A DNA stretch of 59,689 nucleotides from Candidatus Kaiserbacteria bacterium (GCA_028820405.1 JAPPJI010000004.1:1-59689), one strand, 5' to 3'. Shown: positions 37,041 through 47,413, numbered from the stretch's first letter. Numbers and translations: made by a program. The notes: generated by a model not told the origin, from the letters alone.

Positions 37041-38891
37041 ATGCGTGTACAAGAAGTGCGGGAGAGGTACCTGCAGTACCTCTCTTCACTCAATCACCAT
37101 ATTCTTCCTTCAGCGTCGCTCATTCCGCAGGAAGATGCCACGACACTGTTTACCGGATCCGGTATGCAGCCGCTGGTGCCGTACCTGCTCGGCAAGGATC
37201 ATCAGGCAGGTTCCCGTCTCACCGGATCACAGAAGTGTTTTCGTGCAAATGATATTGATGAAGTCGGTGATCTGCGTCACACGACGTTTTTTGAAATGCT
37301 CGGCAATTGGTCACTTGGTGACTATTTCAAAGAAGAGCAGATTCGCCACTGTTTCCATTTCCTTACCGATCCGAAAGAAGGGATCGGGCTTGATCCTCAG
37401 CGGCTCTACGTGACGGTTTTTTCCGGTGATGCGATGTATGACATTCCGCGTGATGATGAATCGGTGTCGATTTGGCAGGAGGTATTTGCGTCAGTCGGTA
37501 TTGAGGCGAAGGTTGCTGACATCGGGTCAGAAGAGGCAGGTGACAAGCGCGGTATGCGTGACGGAGAACGAATCTTTTTCTATGACGGTAAGAAGAATTG
37601 GTGGAGTCGTGCCGGTGAGCCGGGAGAGATGCCGGTTGGCGAGGTTGGAGGTCCGGACACGGAAGTATTTTACGATGTCGGCTCTGAGCATGCGGATCCG
37701 AATTTTCCGGGAAAGGCACACCCGAACACGGAGTCAGGGCAGTTTTTTGAACTCTGCAACTCTGTCTTTATGCAGTATGTTCGTACCGAGTCCGGGTTTG
37801 CACCGCTTCCCAAAAAGAACATTGACTTCGGCGGCGGCCTTGAGCGAATGGCGGCGGCAACAGAACAAACGCCGGACATTTTTATGATTGACGTGTTCAA
37901 AAACATGATTGACCAACTCGTCAAACAATCCGACGTTTCGTATCAGGACCGGCCGCAGGCATTTCGTATCATTGCTGATCATGTGCGCAGTGCCCTCTTT
38001 CTCATTGCAGACGGTGTGCAGCCGTCAAACACTGATCGAGGTTATGTGCTCCGTCGCCTTATCCGATCCGCTCTGTACCAGCTGCGGCACCGCCTTGCGG
38101 TTTCAGATATGCATCTCTCTGATCTTGTGCACCCGCTCATTACCACCTACCGTGACCAGTACCCTGAGGTTGCAGCCTGTAATGCCGGTATGTGCATTGA
38201 AGAAGAAGAGCGGCGGTTTGAAGCAACACTTGCAAAAGGTATGAAGCACCTCAATACCGCTCTCTCGTCCGGGGCGGTGTCGGGCGACGATGCGTTCTCT
38301 TTGCAGAGCACCTACGGATTCCCCGTTGAACTTACTGAGCAGCTTGCAGGAGAAGCAGGGATATCGGTTGATCGGGAGGCGTACGAGACTGCAATGAAGC
38401 AGCATCGGGATGTGTCACGAAGTGCATCACAGAAAAAGTTTAAAGGAGGTCTTGCGGATACTGATGCGATCTCTGTCCGGTACCATACCGCGACTCACCT
38501 TCTGCACCAGGCACTGCGTGATGTGCTCGGTGATGAGGTGTTGCAGAAAGGGTCAAATATAACCCCGGATCGTCTGCGGTTTGATTTTTCCTTTGAGAGG
38601 AGGCTCACTGATGAAGAGAAACAACGGGTAGAGGCTATTGTCAATGAAAAGATAAAGGATGCACTGCCGGTCACCTATCAGGACATGTCGGCTGACGAAG
38701 CCGAGAAGGTCGGTGCAATCGGGGTCTTCTCCTACGGCGACACCGTCCGGGTCTACTCCGTCGGTGACTATAGTCGTGAATACTGCGGCGGTCCGCACGT
38801 TGAAAATACTGCTGAGTTAGGGGTCTTCCGTATCAAGAAGGAAGAGGCGGTGAGCAGCGGGATTCGGCGTATTCGGGCGGTGCTTGACTAA
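37041..38891 (+). CDS. alaS: Alanine--tRNA ligase, short form without C-Ala domain
   Basis: LFTGSGMQP, HTTFFEMLGN, DFGGGLER, TYGFP, HTATHLLH, CGGPH, GIRRIRA at the C-terminus. Confidence 0.97.
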   Translation: MRVQEVRERYLQYLSSLNHHILPSASLIPQEDATTLFTGSGMQPLVPYLLGKDHQAGSRLTGSQKCFRANDIDEVGDLRHTTFFEMLGNWSLGDYFKEEQIRHCFHFLTDPKEGIGLDPQRLYVTVFSGDAMYDIPRDDESVSIWQEVFASVGIEAKVADIGSEEAGDKRGMRDGERIFFYDGKKNWWSRAGEPGEMPVGEVGGPDTEVFYDVGSEHADPNFPGKAHPNTESGQFFELCNSVFMQYVRTESGFAPLPKKNIDFGGGLERMAAATEQTPDIFMIDVFKNMIDQLVKQSDVSYQDRPQAFRIIADHVRSALFLIADGVQPSNTDRGYVLRRLIRSALYQLRHRLAVSDMHLSDLVHPLITTYRDQYPEVAACNAGMCIEEEERRFEATLAKGMKHLNTALSSGAVSGDDAFSLQSTYGFPVELTEQLAGEAGISVDREAYETAMKQHRDVSRSASQKKFKGGLADTDAISVRYHTATHLLHQALRDVLGDEVLQKGSNITPDRLRFDFSFERRLTDEEKQRVEAIVNEKIKDALPVTYQDMSADEAEKVGAIGVFSYGDTVRVYSVGDYSREYCGGPHVENTAELGVFRIKKEEAVSSGIRRIRAVLD

Positions 38892-39096
38892 CCGTTTCTA
38901 ACTAGTATTATTGGTTTGAGGGCTGTCGTTGGGTGAGACGCACCTATTACTTACAGCCTTTGCAGTAGATTCCCATCGTTGTGGTTGGGAAAAGCCTGCT
39001 GAGGGTCGGTTCACTCTGTTGAACCGGCCCATTTTTTTGTCTAAAGAACATGTGAGGATTGCGTTGCCCGCGGTTCTCTGTGTATACTGTCCCCAT

Positions 39097-40434
39097 ATGG
39101 CAGACGAGGATGAGAATCCGTTACATTCGATTGAGCGATCAAATCTCAGTAGTGCACAATCAAGTGACTCGATGCGGAAAAAGCCAAGTTCGCGGAAGCG
39201 GTCAGGCGATGACATGCTGGGTGGGTCAAAGAAAGGAAGCCGACGTTCCGGTGGGAAAAAGCGGTCAATATTTGTTCTCATCATCCTCATCGGTGTTGCT
39301 GTATTTTTCATTTCAACAACATTTTCAAAGGCAACGGTGTCGCTGACCCTGGCAAGCAGTGAGGTGGCAATTGACGGTGTGTTCACTGCAGTGCGTGAAC
39401 CGGCACAGGTACCGGATGGTATTTCATACAGCCGACGGGGTCCGTATGAAGAAGTCCGCGAAGCGATCGTGACAAACATCACAAAAGAGCCGAGGAGTAC
39501 GCATGCGAAAGGAGTGGTGACGGTATACAACCCGCACACAGAAGAGCTCAAACTTATTAACAGGACAAGGTTTCAAACAAATGACGGTCGTATCTATCGC
39601 CTGAAAGGGCAGCAGACGGTGCCGGCAGCAAAGAAGAGCGGAGATCAGGCTGTGCCGGGTGAAAAGGAGGTAGAGGTAGAGGGAGATGTCATCGGATCAG
39701 CATATAACTTAACGGAAAAGAATGTTCGCCTCTCAATCCCGGGACTTGCGAACACCCCAAACTTCAAGCAGGCATACGGTGTTTCAAAAGACAAAATCGT
39801 CGGCGGCTTTGACGGTGAACGATTCATTCCGAATGAAGAGGAGGAAAAAGAGAAGCGTGAGCAGCTTCGTGCTGACATTAAGCGGGATCTTCGTGACACG
39901 TTGACGCAGTCGCTTGACAACAACTCACTTAAAGATCGGGTGGTGTTTGAAAACGGTGTCTTCATCGTCTATGAATCGCTTGAGAATGAGCAGCGAGATG
40001 ATAGTGTTGTGTTGCGGGAGAAAGGGACGCTCTATGCGATATCGTTCCGTGAAGCGGAACTCGCAACCCTGCTTGCACAGTACGCTCCTTCAGAAGCTAT
40101 TCCGCAACGCGTCTCTCCGACAAATATTGAAGAGTCCGGTATGACCATGGAGCTTGAGAATCAGGAAGAGTTCGACATTGTCTCTTCAACAGAGTTCCGT
40201 TTCCGACTCAGTGGCGGTGCAAAACTTTTCTGGAACATCGATCCGCTTCTGTTCCTCAGTGATGTTGCCGGAAAAGATCGCTCTGAGGTTGAAGAGGTCG
40301 TTCTCAACCAGTATCCGCAGGTAACTCGCATTAACGACATCTCTGTCTTTCCTATTTGGCGGGCGAGTCTGCCGGGTAACCGGGGGAAAATACAGGTTGA
40401 CGTGAATCACGAAACACCGGAAGAGGACCGCTAA
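39097..40434 (+). CDS. Membrane-anchored extracytoplasmic protein (baseplate J-like, CPR-type)
   Basis: Single TM, then AKGVVTVYN, TRF..DG..YRL, G.AYN, GGF pattern. Confidence 0.6.
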   Translation: MADEDENPLHSIERSNLSSAQSSDSMRKKPSSRKRSGDDMLGGSKKGSRRSGGKKRSIFVLIILIGVAVFFISTTFSKATVSLTLASSEVAIDGVFTAVREPAQVPDGISYSRRGPYEEVREAIVTNITKEPRSTHAKGVVTVYNPHTEELKLINRTRFQTNDGRIYRLKGQQTVPAAKKSGDQAVPGEKEVEVEGDVIGSAYNLTEKNVRLSIPGLANTPNFKQAYGVSKDKIVGGFDGERFIPNEEEEKEKREQLRADIKRDLRDTLTQSLDNNSLKDRVVFENGVFIVYESLENEQRDDSVVLREKGTLYAISFREAELATLLAQYAPSEAIPQRVSPTNIEESGMTMELENQEEFDIVSSTEFRFRLSGGAKLFWNIDPLLFLSDVAGKDRSEVEEVVLNQYPQVTRINDISVFPIWRASLPGNRGKIQVDVNHETPEEDR

Positions 40435-41048
40435 CGTGCAAGTGCAAGTGTGGTAACGGAACGTGCACCGGCACAAAGGAGTGATTGCCGTGCTGCCTTC
40501 AGTGTTGCACCGGTCGTCGTGACATCGTCAAAGATCACGTAGGCAGTCTGTTTCATGATCGGTTTTTCAACAGAGAAGGCATGCTTTACGTTGTGCAGTC
40601 GCTCCTGTTTGGAGAGGGTGTTCTGTCGTCGTACCGTGTGTTTCCACTGAAACAGTGTGGTGTCAATACAGAAATCACCGTCTTCTGAGAGGAGAGCGGC
40701 GAGACAGGAAAGGTGGTCGTAGCGGTACTGCTGCATGCGAATTGCCGTTGCGGGGATAATAGTAATGCAATGGTTGCGGTTGTGCAGGTTGTGATAGTTT
40801 TTGAGGTGTTCAGAAAGAAGTGCCGCTCCGAGGGAAAGGCAACGGGCATCCTGCCGGTGCTTAATACCGACAAGCAGTTGCCTGACTGCCTTATTGCGAT
40901 ACGGGAGAAGTGATTCGTGTCCGCACTGTTTCTTGAGTGCGGAAAGTGATCGTATCGTCTGTTCATCAGAGTGACGTATCATTGGCGGAAAGAGTGCATC
41001 GATGAAAGCGGAAAGGATGGATTTGCTGTGATTATAGATCGGCCACAT
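40431..41048 (-). CDS. comF: ComF-family phosphoribosyltransferase-like competence protein
   Basis: Q..LSK.ER..NV..AF, IFDDVTTTGATL, LALAR. Confidence 0.85.
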   Translation of the reverse strand: MWPIYNHSKSILSAFIDALFPPMIRHSDEQTIRSLSALKKQCGHESLLPYRNKAVRQLLVGIKHRQDARCLSLGAALLSEHLKNYHNLHNRNHCITIIPATAIRMQQYRYDHLSCLAALLSEDGDFCIDTTLFQWKHTVRRQNTLSKQERLHNVKHAFSVEKPIMKQTAYVIFDDVTTTGATLKAARQSLLCAGARSVTTLALAR

Positions 41049-41085
41049 AGTACAAGGCATAGTATACTGTGGACACACTGTCGCA

Positions 41086-42210
41086 ATGATTTTGTCAAAA
41101 CTAACATCCCTGTTCACCGGAGGAGGCGGTCGAGCCGTCGGTATTGATATCGGTTCGTCAACAATAAAAGTGGTACAAATTCGAAAGGAGCGCGGGACCA
41201 TCGTACTTGAGACCTACGGATCCCTCGCCATCGGACCGTATACGGAAGGTGCGGAGATTGGGCAGCAGGCGAACGCAAGTGAGGAGGTCATTGTTACTGT
41301 CCTTGAGACACTTATGAAGGAGTCGAAGGTTCGTGAAGGGGTGGCATGCGTTTCAATTCCCTTTCATGCCAGCCTCATCTCACTTATTGAAGTTCCTCCG
41401 CTCTCTGATGAAAAAATGGCACAAGTAATTCCGTTTGAGGCTCGTCGGTATGTGCCGGTCCCCCTTGAAGAGGTTTCAATGGATTGGTTTGTTATCCCCC
41501 AGGCACTGCTAGAGCGTGATGATGCATCAATCTTTCAGGAGGATAACGAAAAGCCGCAGACTCCCGGAGAAGAGAAGAGGAAAGTGCTCATCATTGCCAT
41601 TCACAACCATGAGCTGATGAAATATCGGAACATATTGGGCAAAACAGATTTGAAGGTGACATCATTTGAGGTTGAGATTTTTAGCACCCTGCGCTCGTCA
41701 GTGTATGAGAGCCACCTCCCCATCATTGTTATTGATATTGGGGCAAGGACAACCAAGTTTTACATCATTGAGCACGGTATCGTTCTCAGGTCATTCTTCA
41801 TTAACCAGGGCGGGCAGACAATCACCAAGGCTATCATGAGCAACGAAGGTATCTCTTTCAAAGAAGCTGAACACAAGAAGCGTGAGCACGGGTTTTCCCT
41901 GCCGAATAAAGATTCGCAGCGGGTCGTCGCGCTTGTTATTGATGAGATTTTTTCCGAGGCGAATAGTGCGATTATTGATTTTGAGCAGCGGTACCGTCAG
42001 TCAGTCTCGAAGATGATCTTGACGGGCGGCGGTGCGGTGATGGAGGGCATGTTGGAAGAGGCAAAGAAGAAAACAAACATCAGTGTTGAGATAGCAAATC
42101 CGTTTGGGAGAATGCAGTATCCTGCTTTGCTCGCTGACTCATTAAAGAAGAATGGGTCCGAATTCTCTGTTGCCGTCGGGGCGGCCATTCGGGCTCTTGA
42201 GGGGAGGTGA
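41086..42210 (+). CDS. pilM: Type IV pilus assembly protein PilM
   Basis: GIDIGSSTIK, EARRYVP, IDIGA, LTGGGA, AVGAA. Confidence 0.93.
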   Translation: MILSKLTSLFTGGGGRAVGIDIGSSTIKVVQIRKERGTIVLETYGSLAIGPYTEGAEIGQQANASEEVIVTVLETLMKESKVREGVACVSIPFHASLISLIEVPPLSDEKMAQVIPFEARRYVPVPLEEVSMDWFVIPQALLERDDASIFQEDNEKPQTPGEEKRKVLIIAIHNHELMKYRNILGKTDLKVTSFEVEIFSTLRSSVYESHLPIIVIDIGARTTKFYIIEHGIVLRSFFINQGGQTITKAIMSNEGISFKEAEHKKREHGFSLPNKDSQRVVALVIDEIFSEANSAIIDFEQRYRQSVSKMILTGGGAVMEGMLEEAKKKTNISVEIANPFGRMQYPALLADSLKKNGSEFSVAVGAAIRALEGR

Positions 42211-42264
42211 CGGTTGTTCTGCACGACGTTCCGCTGACAGCTCTCCGCCCCCTATATACTGGTA

Positions 42265-42909
42265 GTGTACCGGCTCATGTTTCCAACATTCTCAAAAGAT
42301 TTTACCAATGAAGCCCAAAAAGGCGGCAGTACTGACCCTGTTCAACAGTCATTTTCAGAAGCACCGAAGGAAGTCAGCTCACCTGTGCGGACTGATGTCC
42401 GGTATGTGATCGCAATCATAGTGTTTGTGGTCTCAATTGTTGCCAGCGGCGGATTGTATGGCGCCAACATGTACCTTGATCAACAGGTCGCATCAATCGA
42501 GAATCAGCTTGTTGAGCAGGATGCCGTCATCAAAACCAATGTCATCGCCAGCCTCGTTTCATTTAGCCAATCAATAGATATTTTCAAAGTGATTGAGTCA
42601 TCTCGGTCCGGGTATGTGCCGGTCATAGAGGAAATTGAAAAAATCGTCGTTCCGGGTGTCCGGTTTTCATCTGCGAAGATAGCACTGACGTCCGATCAGA
42701 CGTACCAGGTTGATGTCAATGGTGTTGCGGATTCGTTAGTTTCATACCTGCAGCAGGTGAACGCCATCACAACGGTAGAAGAAGATGTCCGCTTTGCTGT
42801 CGATGGGCACTCGATTCGAAGGGAGAGTGACGGGAACAGCCGTGTCGTTTTTACCATGAAGGCAACCATACCGGTTGACGCCGTTGTCACGATCGGTGAA
42901 TCAGGATAG
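42265..42909 (+). CDS. PilN-like pilus alignment protein
   Basis: Follows pilM; TM, coiled coil and ferredoxin-like domain; ATG 42277 is an alternative start. Confidence 0.65.
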   Translation: MYRLMFPTFSKDFTNEAQKGGSTDPVQQSFSEAPKEVSSPVRTDVRYVIAIIVFVVSIVASGGLYGANMYLDQQVASIENQLVEQDAVIKTNVIASLVSFSQSIDIFKVIESSRSGYVPVIEEIEKIVVPGVRFSSAKIALTSDQTYQVDVNGVADSLVSYLQQVNAITTVEEDVRFAVDGHSIRRESDGNSRVVFTMKATIPVDAVVTIGESG

Positions 42910-42913
42910 TGGT

Positions 42914-43480
42914 ATGAGTAATTACTTTGTTAAAGCACTTATTTTACTTCTGTTTTCCGCAATAGCGTATGCGGTGTTCATTGGTCCGTGGTATGCCGAA
43001 GCACGTGCAACCTATGATCACGTGCAACATCTCGAAGATGTTATTTCACAGGTACAGGAGTTGGGTGAACGTCGTGATGAACTCCAGGCTGAGTTCAACA
43101 GTATTCCGCCGAACAAGACGGCTCTCATTCAGAATGCCGTTCCGCCGCACTCGTCAGAGAATGTCATTCTCTTCTTCCTTTCTCTTGATGCCTTTATTAC
43201 GCAATCTGGTTTGCCGACTGACACGGCGTATACTATTGACCCTGAAGAGGTTAATCCTGATACCGGTATGGTTGCCATCCCGATTCAGTTTAATTTTGAG
43301 GTGATTGACTATGACCTGTTCAGAAGAATCATTGACAACTTTCAACGGTGGGAGCGGGCGGTGCAAATTACCTCAGTACACATGTGGCCGTCATCCAGTG
43401 ACCAGTTCGGCAACACTATTCGTGCGAGTATTGAGATAGAGGCTCTGTTCTCGGCAGGGCTTTCATCAGAAAACATATAA
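42914..43480 (+). CDS. PilO-like pilus alignment protein
   Basis: TM, coiled coil, Y..F...I..F....R pattern; synteny. Confidence 0.7.
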   Translation: MSNYFVKALILLLFSAIAYAVFIGPWYAEARATYDHVQHLEDVISQVQELGERRDELQAEFNSIPPNKTALIQNAVPPHSSENVILFFLSLDAFITQSGLPTDTAYTIDPEEVNPDTGMVAIPIQFNFEVIDYDLFRRIIDNFQRWERAVQITSVHMWPSSSDQFGNTIRASIEIEALFSAGLSSENI

Positions 43481-43483
43481 CCT

Positions 43484-44020
43484 ATGCAGGCACAGAAGAT
43501 AAAATCAATACTCTTTTTTGTCATTATCGGTGCCGGCATGTTCTATTTTGCAAACGTTTTGGTCCGTGTCCCGGAAATGGTCGTCGATGAAGGCGGTGAA
43601 GATCGATCACAGGTATTTCTCAGTTTGGTTGACCGTCTCGCAGTAATCGAATTTGATATCGGCTTCATTGACAGTTTCTCACAAAATCTGTTCATTTCCC
43701 GGTATCCGGATATACAGCGAACGTCACCTAATGTCGGCCGATCAAACCCGTTTGCCGAGTACGACCAATCGTCATCGTTTGATTTTCCCGGAGTGATAAG
43801 TGACGCATCCGGCGGTTCCGGTTTTGTGGAGGAAGATGCAGTGCTCGGTCAGGAAGAATTTATTTTTGAAGAAGATTTTGAGGAGGAAATCTTCTTTGAA
43901 GAAGGAACAGAAGACATCTTGTTAGAGGAAGAGGAGGTATTCTTTGAAGAGGACGTTGAGCAAGATGGTGTGTTTAGTGAAGGTATTGAGGACGGCGGTG
44001 TTTTGCAGTTTGATAATTAA
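43484..44020 (+). CDS. Membrane-anchored protein in PilP position with long acidic tail
   Basis: N-terminal TM, GRSNPF motif, Glu/Phe-rich tail. Confidence 0.6.
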   Translation: MQAQKIKSILFFVIIGAGMFYFANVLVRVPEMVVDEGGEDRSQVFLSLVDRLAVIEFDIGFIDSFSQNLFISRYPDIQRTSPNVGRSNPFAEYDQSSSFDFPGVISDASGGSGFVEEDAVLGQEEFIFEEDFEEEIFFEEGTEDILLEEEEVFFEEDVEQDGVFSEGIEDGGVLQFDN

Positions 44021-44022
44021 GT

Positions 44023-45720
44023 ATGAGTCCAACAGAAGAGAATAAAACAGACAGTGCCGGGTCAGGAAAAAAGAAAGTGTCGGAAAAGAAGACCGCACTT
44101 CATGCCCAGGGGAAAGTACGGATAACGGGAAACTATCAAATACCGAGCGATTTATTCAAATATATTCCGAATGAATCCGCAAGTTTGTATAAAATGGTGC
44201 CGCTTGCCATGCATGACGGTGTTCTCTATGTCGGGGCGACGAATCCAAAAGATCTTGACGCTCGCGACGCCCTTAACTTCATCACCACAAATCAAAAGAT
44301 TGACTACGAGATACAAAAAATAACAGAGGATCAGTTCAGCTCGCTCATTCAGCAGTACGGTCAGGCGAATATGGAGATAGCGAGTGCACTTGAAGAACTT
44401 GAAGAACAGGGAAACGTTATTCTCGGTATTGACGACGGTGACCAGGATACAGAAACCGGAGAAGATACCCCTCTTAAAGAAGCGCCGGTTATTAAGTTGG
44501 TGAGCAACGTTCTTGCACAGGCAGTGAGTAAAGAGGTGTCTGACGTTCACATTGAGCCTCTTGAGGATAGGGCTGTTGTTCGATACCGTGTCGACGGTGT
44601 CTTGCAGGAAGAACTTCGGTTTCCTCGGGAATTACACAGTCCGCTTGTTGCGAGAATAAAAATACTGTCAAGCCTGCGACTTGATGAGAGGCGTCGTCCG
44701 CAGGACGGAAGGTTCTCAAGTATAGTACAAGGGAGACGGATTGACTTCCGTGTCGCAACGTTCTCAACGGAGTTCGGTGAGAAGGTAACCCTTCGTGTGC
44801 TGGATAAACAGAAGGGGTTGCGGCAGCTTGAAGATCTTGGTTTTGGAGAAGAGATGTATGAGAAGGTACTGCAGGCAATGAATCGACCGTACGGTCTCAT
44901 TCTCGCGACCGGTCCGACCGGTGCCGGTAAAACGACAACATTGTATGCATTGCTGAATACTGTTGAGCGAACAACAAAGAACATTGTTTCATTGGAGGAT
45001 CCGGTGGAGTATCGGCTTGACGGTGTGAATCAGTCAAGTATTCGTCCGGAGATTGGCTATACCTTTGCGAACGGATTGCGGTCAGTACTTCGCGGTGACC
45101 CGGATCAGATTCTGGTTGGTGAGATCCGTGACAAAGAGACTGCTCACCTTGCGGTGCAAGCTGCACTGACCGGTCACCTCGTGTACTCAACACTCCACAC
45201 GAACACTGCCATCGGTGCGATTTCTCGTCTCATTGATTTCGGCATAGATCCGTTTCTTCTTGCACCAACAATCGCTCTTGTTATCGGCCAACGCATGGTT
45301 CGACTCCTTGACGGTGAAGGAAGAGAGAAGCCGGTCGGACCGGCACTTGCAAAACGGTTAGAAGAGAGATTTGCTGATTTGCCGCAGCGGTATAAAACGG
45401 GTATTCCGTCGTTTACCTCATTCCGGGATGCAGCACAGACGGAGGATAATCCGTCAGGTATGCGAGGGCGAATCGGTGTTTTTGAGGTGCTTATGATCGA
45501 TGACGAGATCAGCGAAATCATTCTCAAAGGACCGTCTGATGTTGAATTCTATCGGTCTGCTCGTAAAAATGGATTTATAACAATGTCAGAAGATGCGATT
45601 ATCAAAGGACTCAAAGGACAAATACCATTTTCAGAGATTATGAAAATTGGCGGGGAGGATATGGTTAGCAAACTCTCTCTTGAAGACGTTGAAACGGAAC
45701 TTCCACAGGTGACTGCGTAA
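44023..45720 (+). CDS. pilB: Type IV pilus extension ATPase PilB/GspE
   Basis: SDVHIEP, RYRVDGVL, PQDGR, GPTGAGKTTT, EDPVEY, GEIRD, TGHLVYSTLHTN. Confidence 0.93.
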   Translation: MSPTEENKTDSAGSGKKKVSEKKTALHAQGKVRITGNYQIPSDLFKYIPNESASLYKMVPLAMHDGVLYVGATNPKDLDARDALNFITTNQKIDYEIQKITEDQFSSLIQQYGQANMEIASALEELEEQGNVILGIDDGDQDTETGEDTPLKEAPVIKLVSNVLAQAVSKEVSDVHIEPLEDRAVVRYRVDGVLQEELRFPRELHSPLVARIKILSSLRLDERRRPQDGRFSSIVQGRRIDFRVATFSTEFGEKVTLRVLDKQKGLRQLEDLGFGEEMYEKVLQAMNRPYGLILATGPTGAGKTTTLYALLNTVERTTKNIVSLEDPVEYRLDGVNQSSIRPEIGYTFANGLRSVLRGDPDQILVGEIRDKETAHLAVQAALTGHLVYSTLHTNTAIGAISRLIDFGIDPFLLAPTIALVIGQRMVRLLDGEGREKPVGPALAKRLEERFADLPQRYKTGIPSFTSFRDAAQTEDNPSGMRGRIGVFEVLMIDDEISEIILKGPSDVEFYRSARKNGFITMSEDAIIKGLKGQIPFSEIMKIGGEDMVSKLSLEDVETELPQVTA

Positions 45721-46447
45721 CATCGGTGAGGCTGAGATTGCCGACAGCAGTTCGTTTGATATGAGTGGTGACGGTTGGCTGACCAATCTGATTGCCAATG
45801 GCATGCACGAGTGATCGAATGTAAGTCCCTGCCCCTACCGATGCTTGAGCGTGGATCTGGTATACCGATGTCTCCTGTAGGTTTGACCAGTCCTTCAAGA
45901 TAGCTGTTTGCCGAAAGTCTCCTCGGACTCGTCGTATCGACTGTTCCGCTGTGTTGCGAACTGTCGAGAGTGATAGTTGCTCTGCACGCAGAATCTCGAA
46001 AGAGGAAATGGTCATTGTTGTCTCCGGGATAGTCACTGATGCAAGGGTGCCGTCCCGTGCATGTTGGTGCAGCGGTTTTCCTTGAACCGCTTTCGAAGAG
46101 TAGGGAGGGTATGGCATTGTGAGTGACCCCTGCATGCTGCTCACTGCACGGCGGACACGGTGTGCAGTGTCATCCTTTACCGGTTTGTGTTCGGTGATTC
46201 GGCCAAGACAGTCATATGAATCTGTTGCCACACCGACGACAAAACTGAACTGATATGTTTTACTGAGACCGTATGCCGAAGATGCTTTTTTACACTCATC
46301 ATCAACGAGGATGATAAGGAGGCCTTCGGCAAGTGGATCGAGTCTTCCTGCATACGTGTAGGTATGCTTGCTTCTGTCGAACAGTCGGTCGATACATGCA
46401 AGTGGTGTTTCGCCACTATTTTTATACACGGCATACATATACCACAT
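45665..46447 (-). CDS. truB: TruB-like tRNA pseudouridine synthase
   Basis: YAGRLDPLAEGLL, TDSYD..G, PPYSS, GTYIRSL. Confidence 0.85.
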   Translation of the reverse strand: MWYMYAVYKNSGETPLACIDRLFDRSKHTYTYAGRLDPLAEGLLIILVDDECKKASSAYGLSKTYQFSFVVGVATDSYDCLGRITEHKPVKDDTAHRVRRAVSSMQGSLTMPYPPYSSKAVQGKPLHQHARDGTLASVTIPETTMTISSFEILRAEQLSLSTVRNTAEQSIRRVRGDFRQTAILKDWSNLQETSVYQIHAQASVGAGTYIRSLVHAIGNQIGQPTVTTHIKRTAVGNLSLTDVTQSPVEVPFQRLQERVC

Positions 46448-46540
46448 CCTAAGTAACGCAGTGTTTTTTGTCCATGTTTTGTTTATCAACAGGTATGCAC
46501 ATTACACACTTGTTATTCTTTTTCATGCTATGCTATGGGT

Positions 46541-46611
46541 AATAGGGTAATAGGAATCCATTGGACGTCAAACCCTAGGAGTAAAAACCACCGCTCGTCG
46601 GTGGTTTTTAC
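46541..46611 (+). ncRNA. Candidate small structured RNA 1
   Basis: Extended -10 TGcTATGCT (46526-46534), TAGGGT/ACCCTA stem, terminator GTAAAAACCACCG/CGGTGGTTTTTAC. Confidence 0.45.
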
Positions 46612-46641
46612 GTTGTCTGTTTGGTACAATCCACAGAGTAA

Positions 46642-46712
46642 TGCCGGGTCGTCTAATGGTAGGACGCGTGGTTCTGGCCCACGTAATCTAGGTTCGAATC
46701 CTAGCCCGGCAG
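46642..46712 (+). tRNA. tRNA-Gln(CTG)
   Basis: TGCCGGG/CCCGGCA acceptor, CGTGG-TT CTG GC-CCACG, GGTTCGAATCC. Confidence 0.96.
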
Positions 46713-46736
46713 CTAAGCAAAATAAATTATTTCAGG

Positions 46737-47294
46737 TTACCTTTTGTCTGAGAAGAAAATCGCTACTGCGATGAAGAGAAACGCGGTCAGTGCCATGAGT
46801 GGGATAGTAATGTAGCCGTATTCAAGGAAATAAAATTCTGAGCAGGAAGCACTCATGCCGATTGCATCACACCCGACGACACCGTCAAAGAACCCCGGTG
46901 CACTGCTGTGCAGTCGTTGGCTCACATAGTGGAACAGTGCCGTGATGGTACCGAGTGCGGCAAGGACGTACATGGAAACCTTGTCGATCGCCTTCCCTCG
47001 AATCTGGGCAGTGATGAGCAGTATCGCTATCGGGAACATGAAGATTCTCTGATACCAGCAGAGATTGCATGGCATGAGGTAGTAGATATTTGAGAAGATG
47101 AGTGGTGAGACGAGGGAAACGCTGGCGATAACGGTTGCAACGAGTTGACCGTATTTTTTCAAAAGATTGATGAGGTAGGTGTTGAAACGTCGAACGGGAT
47201 CAAGAGGGAGATATGAGACAGCAAGAAGAACGAAAAGCACATGACTCAGAAGTACAAGAAAACTGACAATGGCGGTAAAAGTGGTGATAGTCAT
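46737..47294 (-). CDS. dsbB: Disulfide bond formation protein DsbB/BdbC
   Basis: PCNLCWYQRIFMFP, second Cys pair, GYITIP.MAL; multiple TMs. Confidence 0.9.
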   Translation of the reverse strand: MTITTFTAIVSFLVLLSHVLFVLLAVSYLPLDPVRRFNTYLINLLKKYGQLVATVIASVSLVSPLIFSNIYYLMPCNLCWYQRIFMFPIAILLITAQIRGKAIDKVSMYVLAALGTITALFHYVSQRLHSSAPGFFDGVVGCDAIGMSASCSEFYFLEYGYITIPLMALTAFLFIAVAIFFSDKR

Positions 47295-47332
47295 TGAGGT
47301 ACAGTATATACCGCGTTATGTTTGGCTGGTAT

Positions 47333-47413
47333 AAAAAACAGGAGAACCCTCGTAAGAGGGCCTCCTGTACCCTTAGGTTTTACCCTAAGAGGCCTAGGAA
47401 CAAGTCCTAGACA
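47333..47413 (-). ncRNA. Candidate small structured RNA 2 (three hairpins)
   Basis: TTGCGA-16-TATACT promoter; GTCTAGGA/TCCTAGGC and CTCTTAGG/CCTAAGGG stems, then terminator ACAGGAG..CTCCTGT with T6. Confidence 0.55.

Noticed and set aside
39097-40434. Prophage or contractile system from the baseplate-J-like protein
   Set aside because: Single membrane-anchored gene among housekeeping genes, no other phage structural genes.
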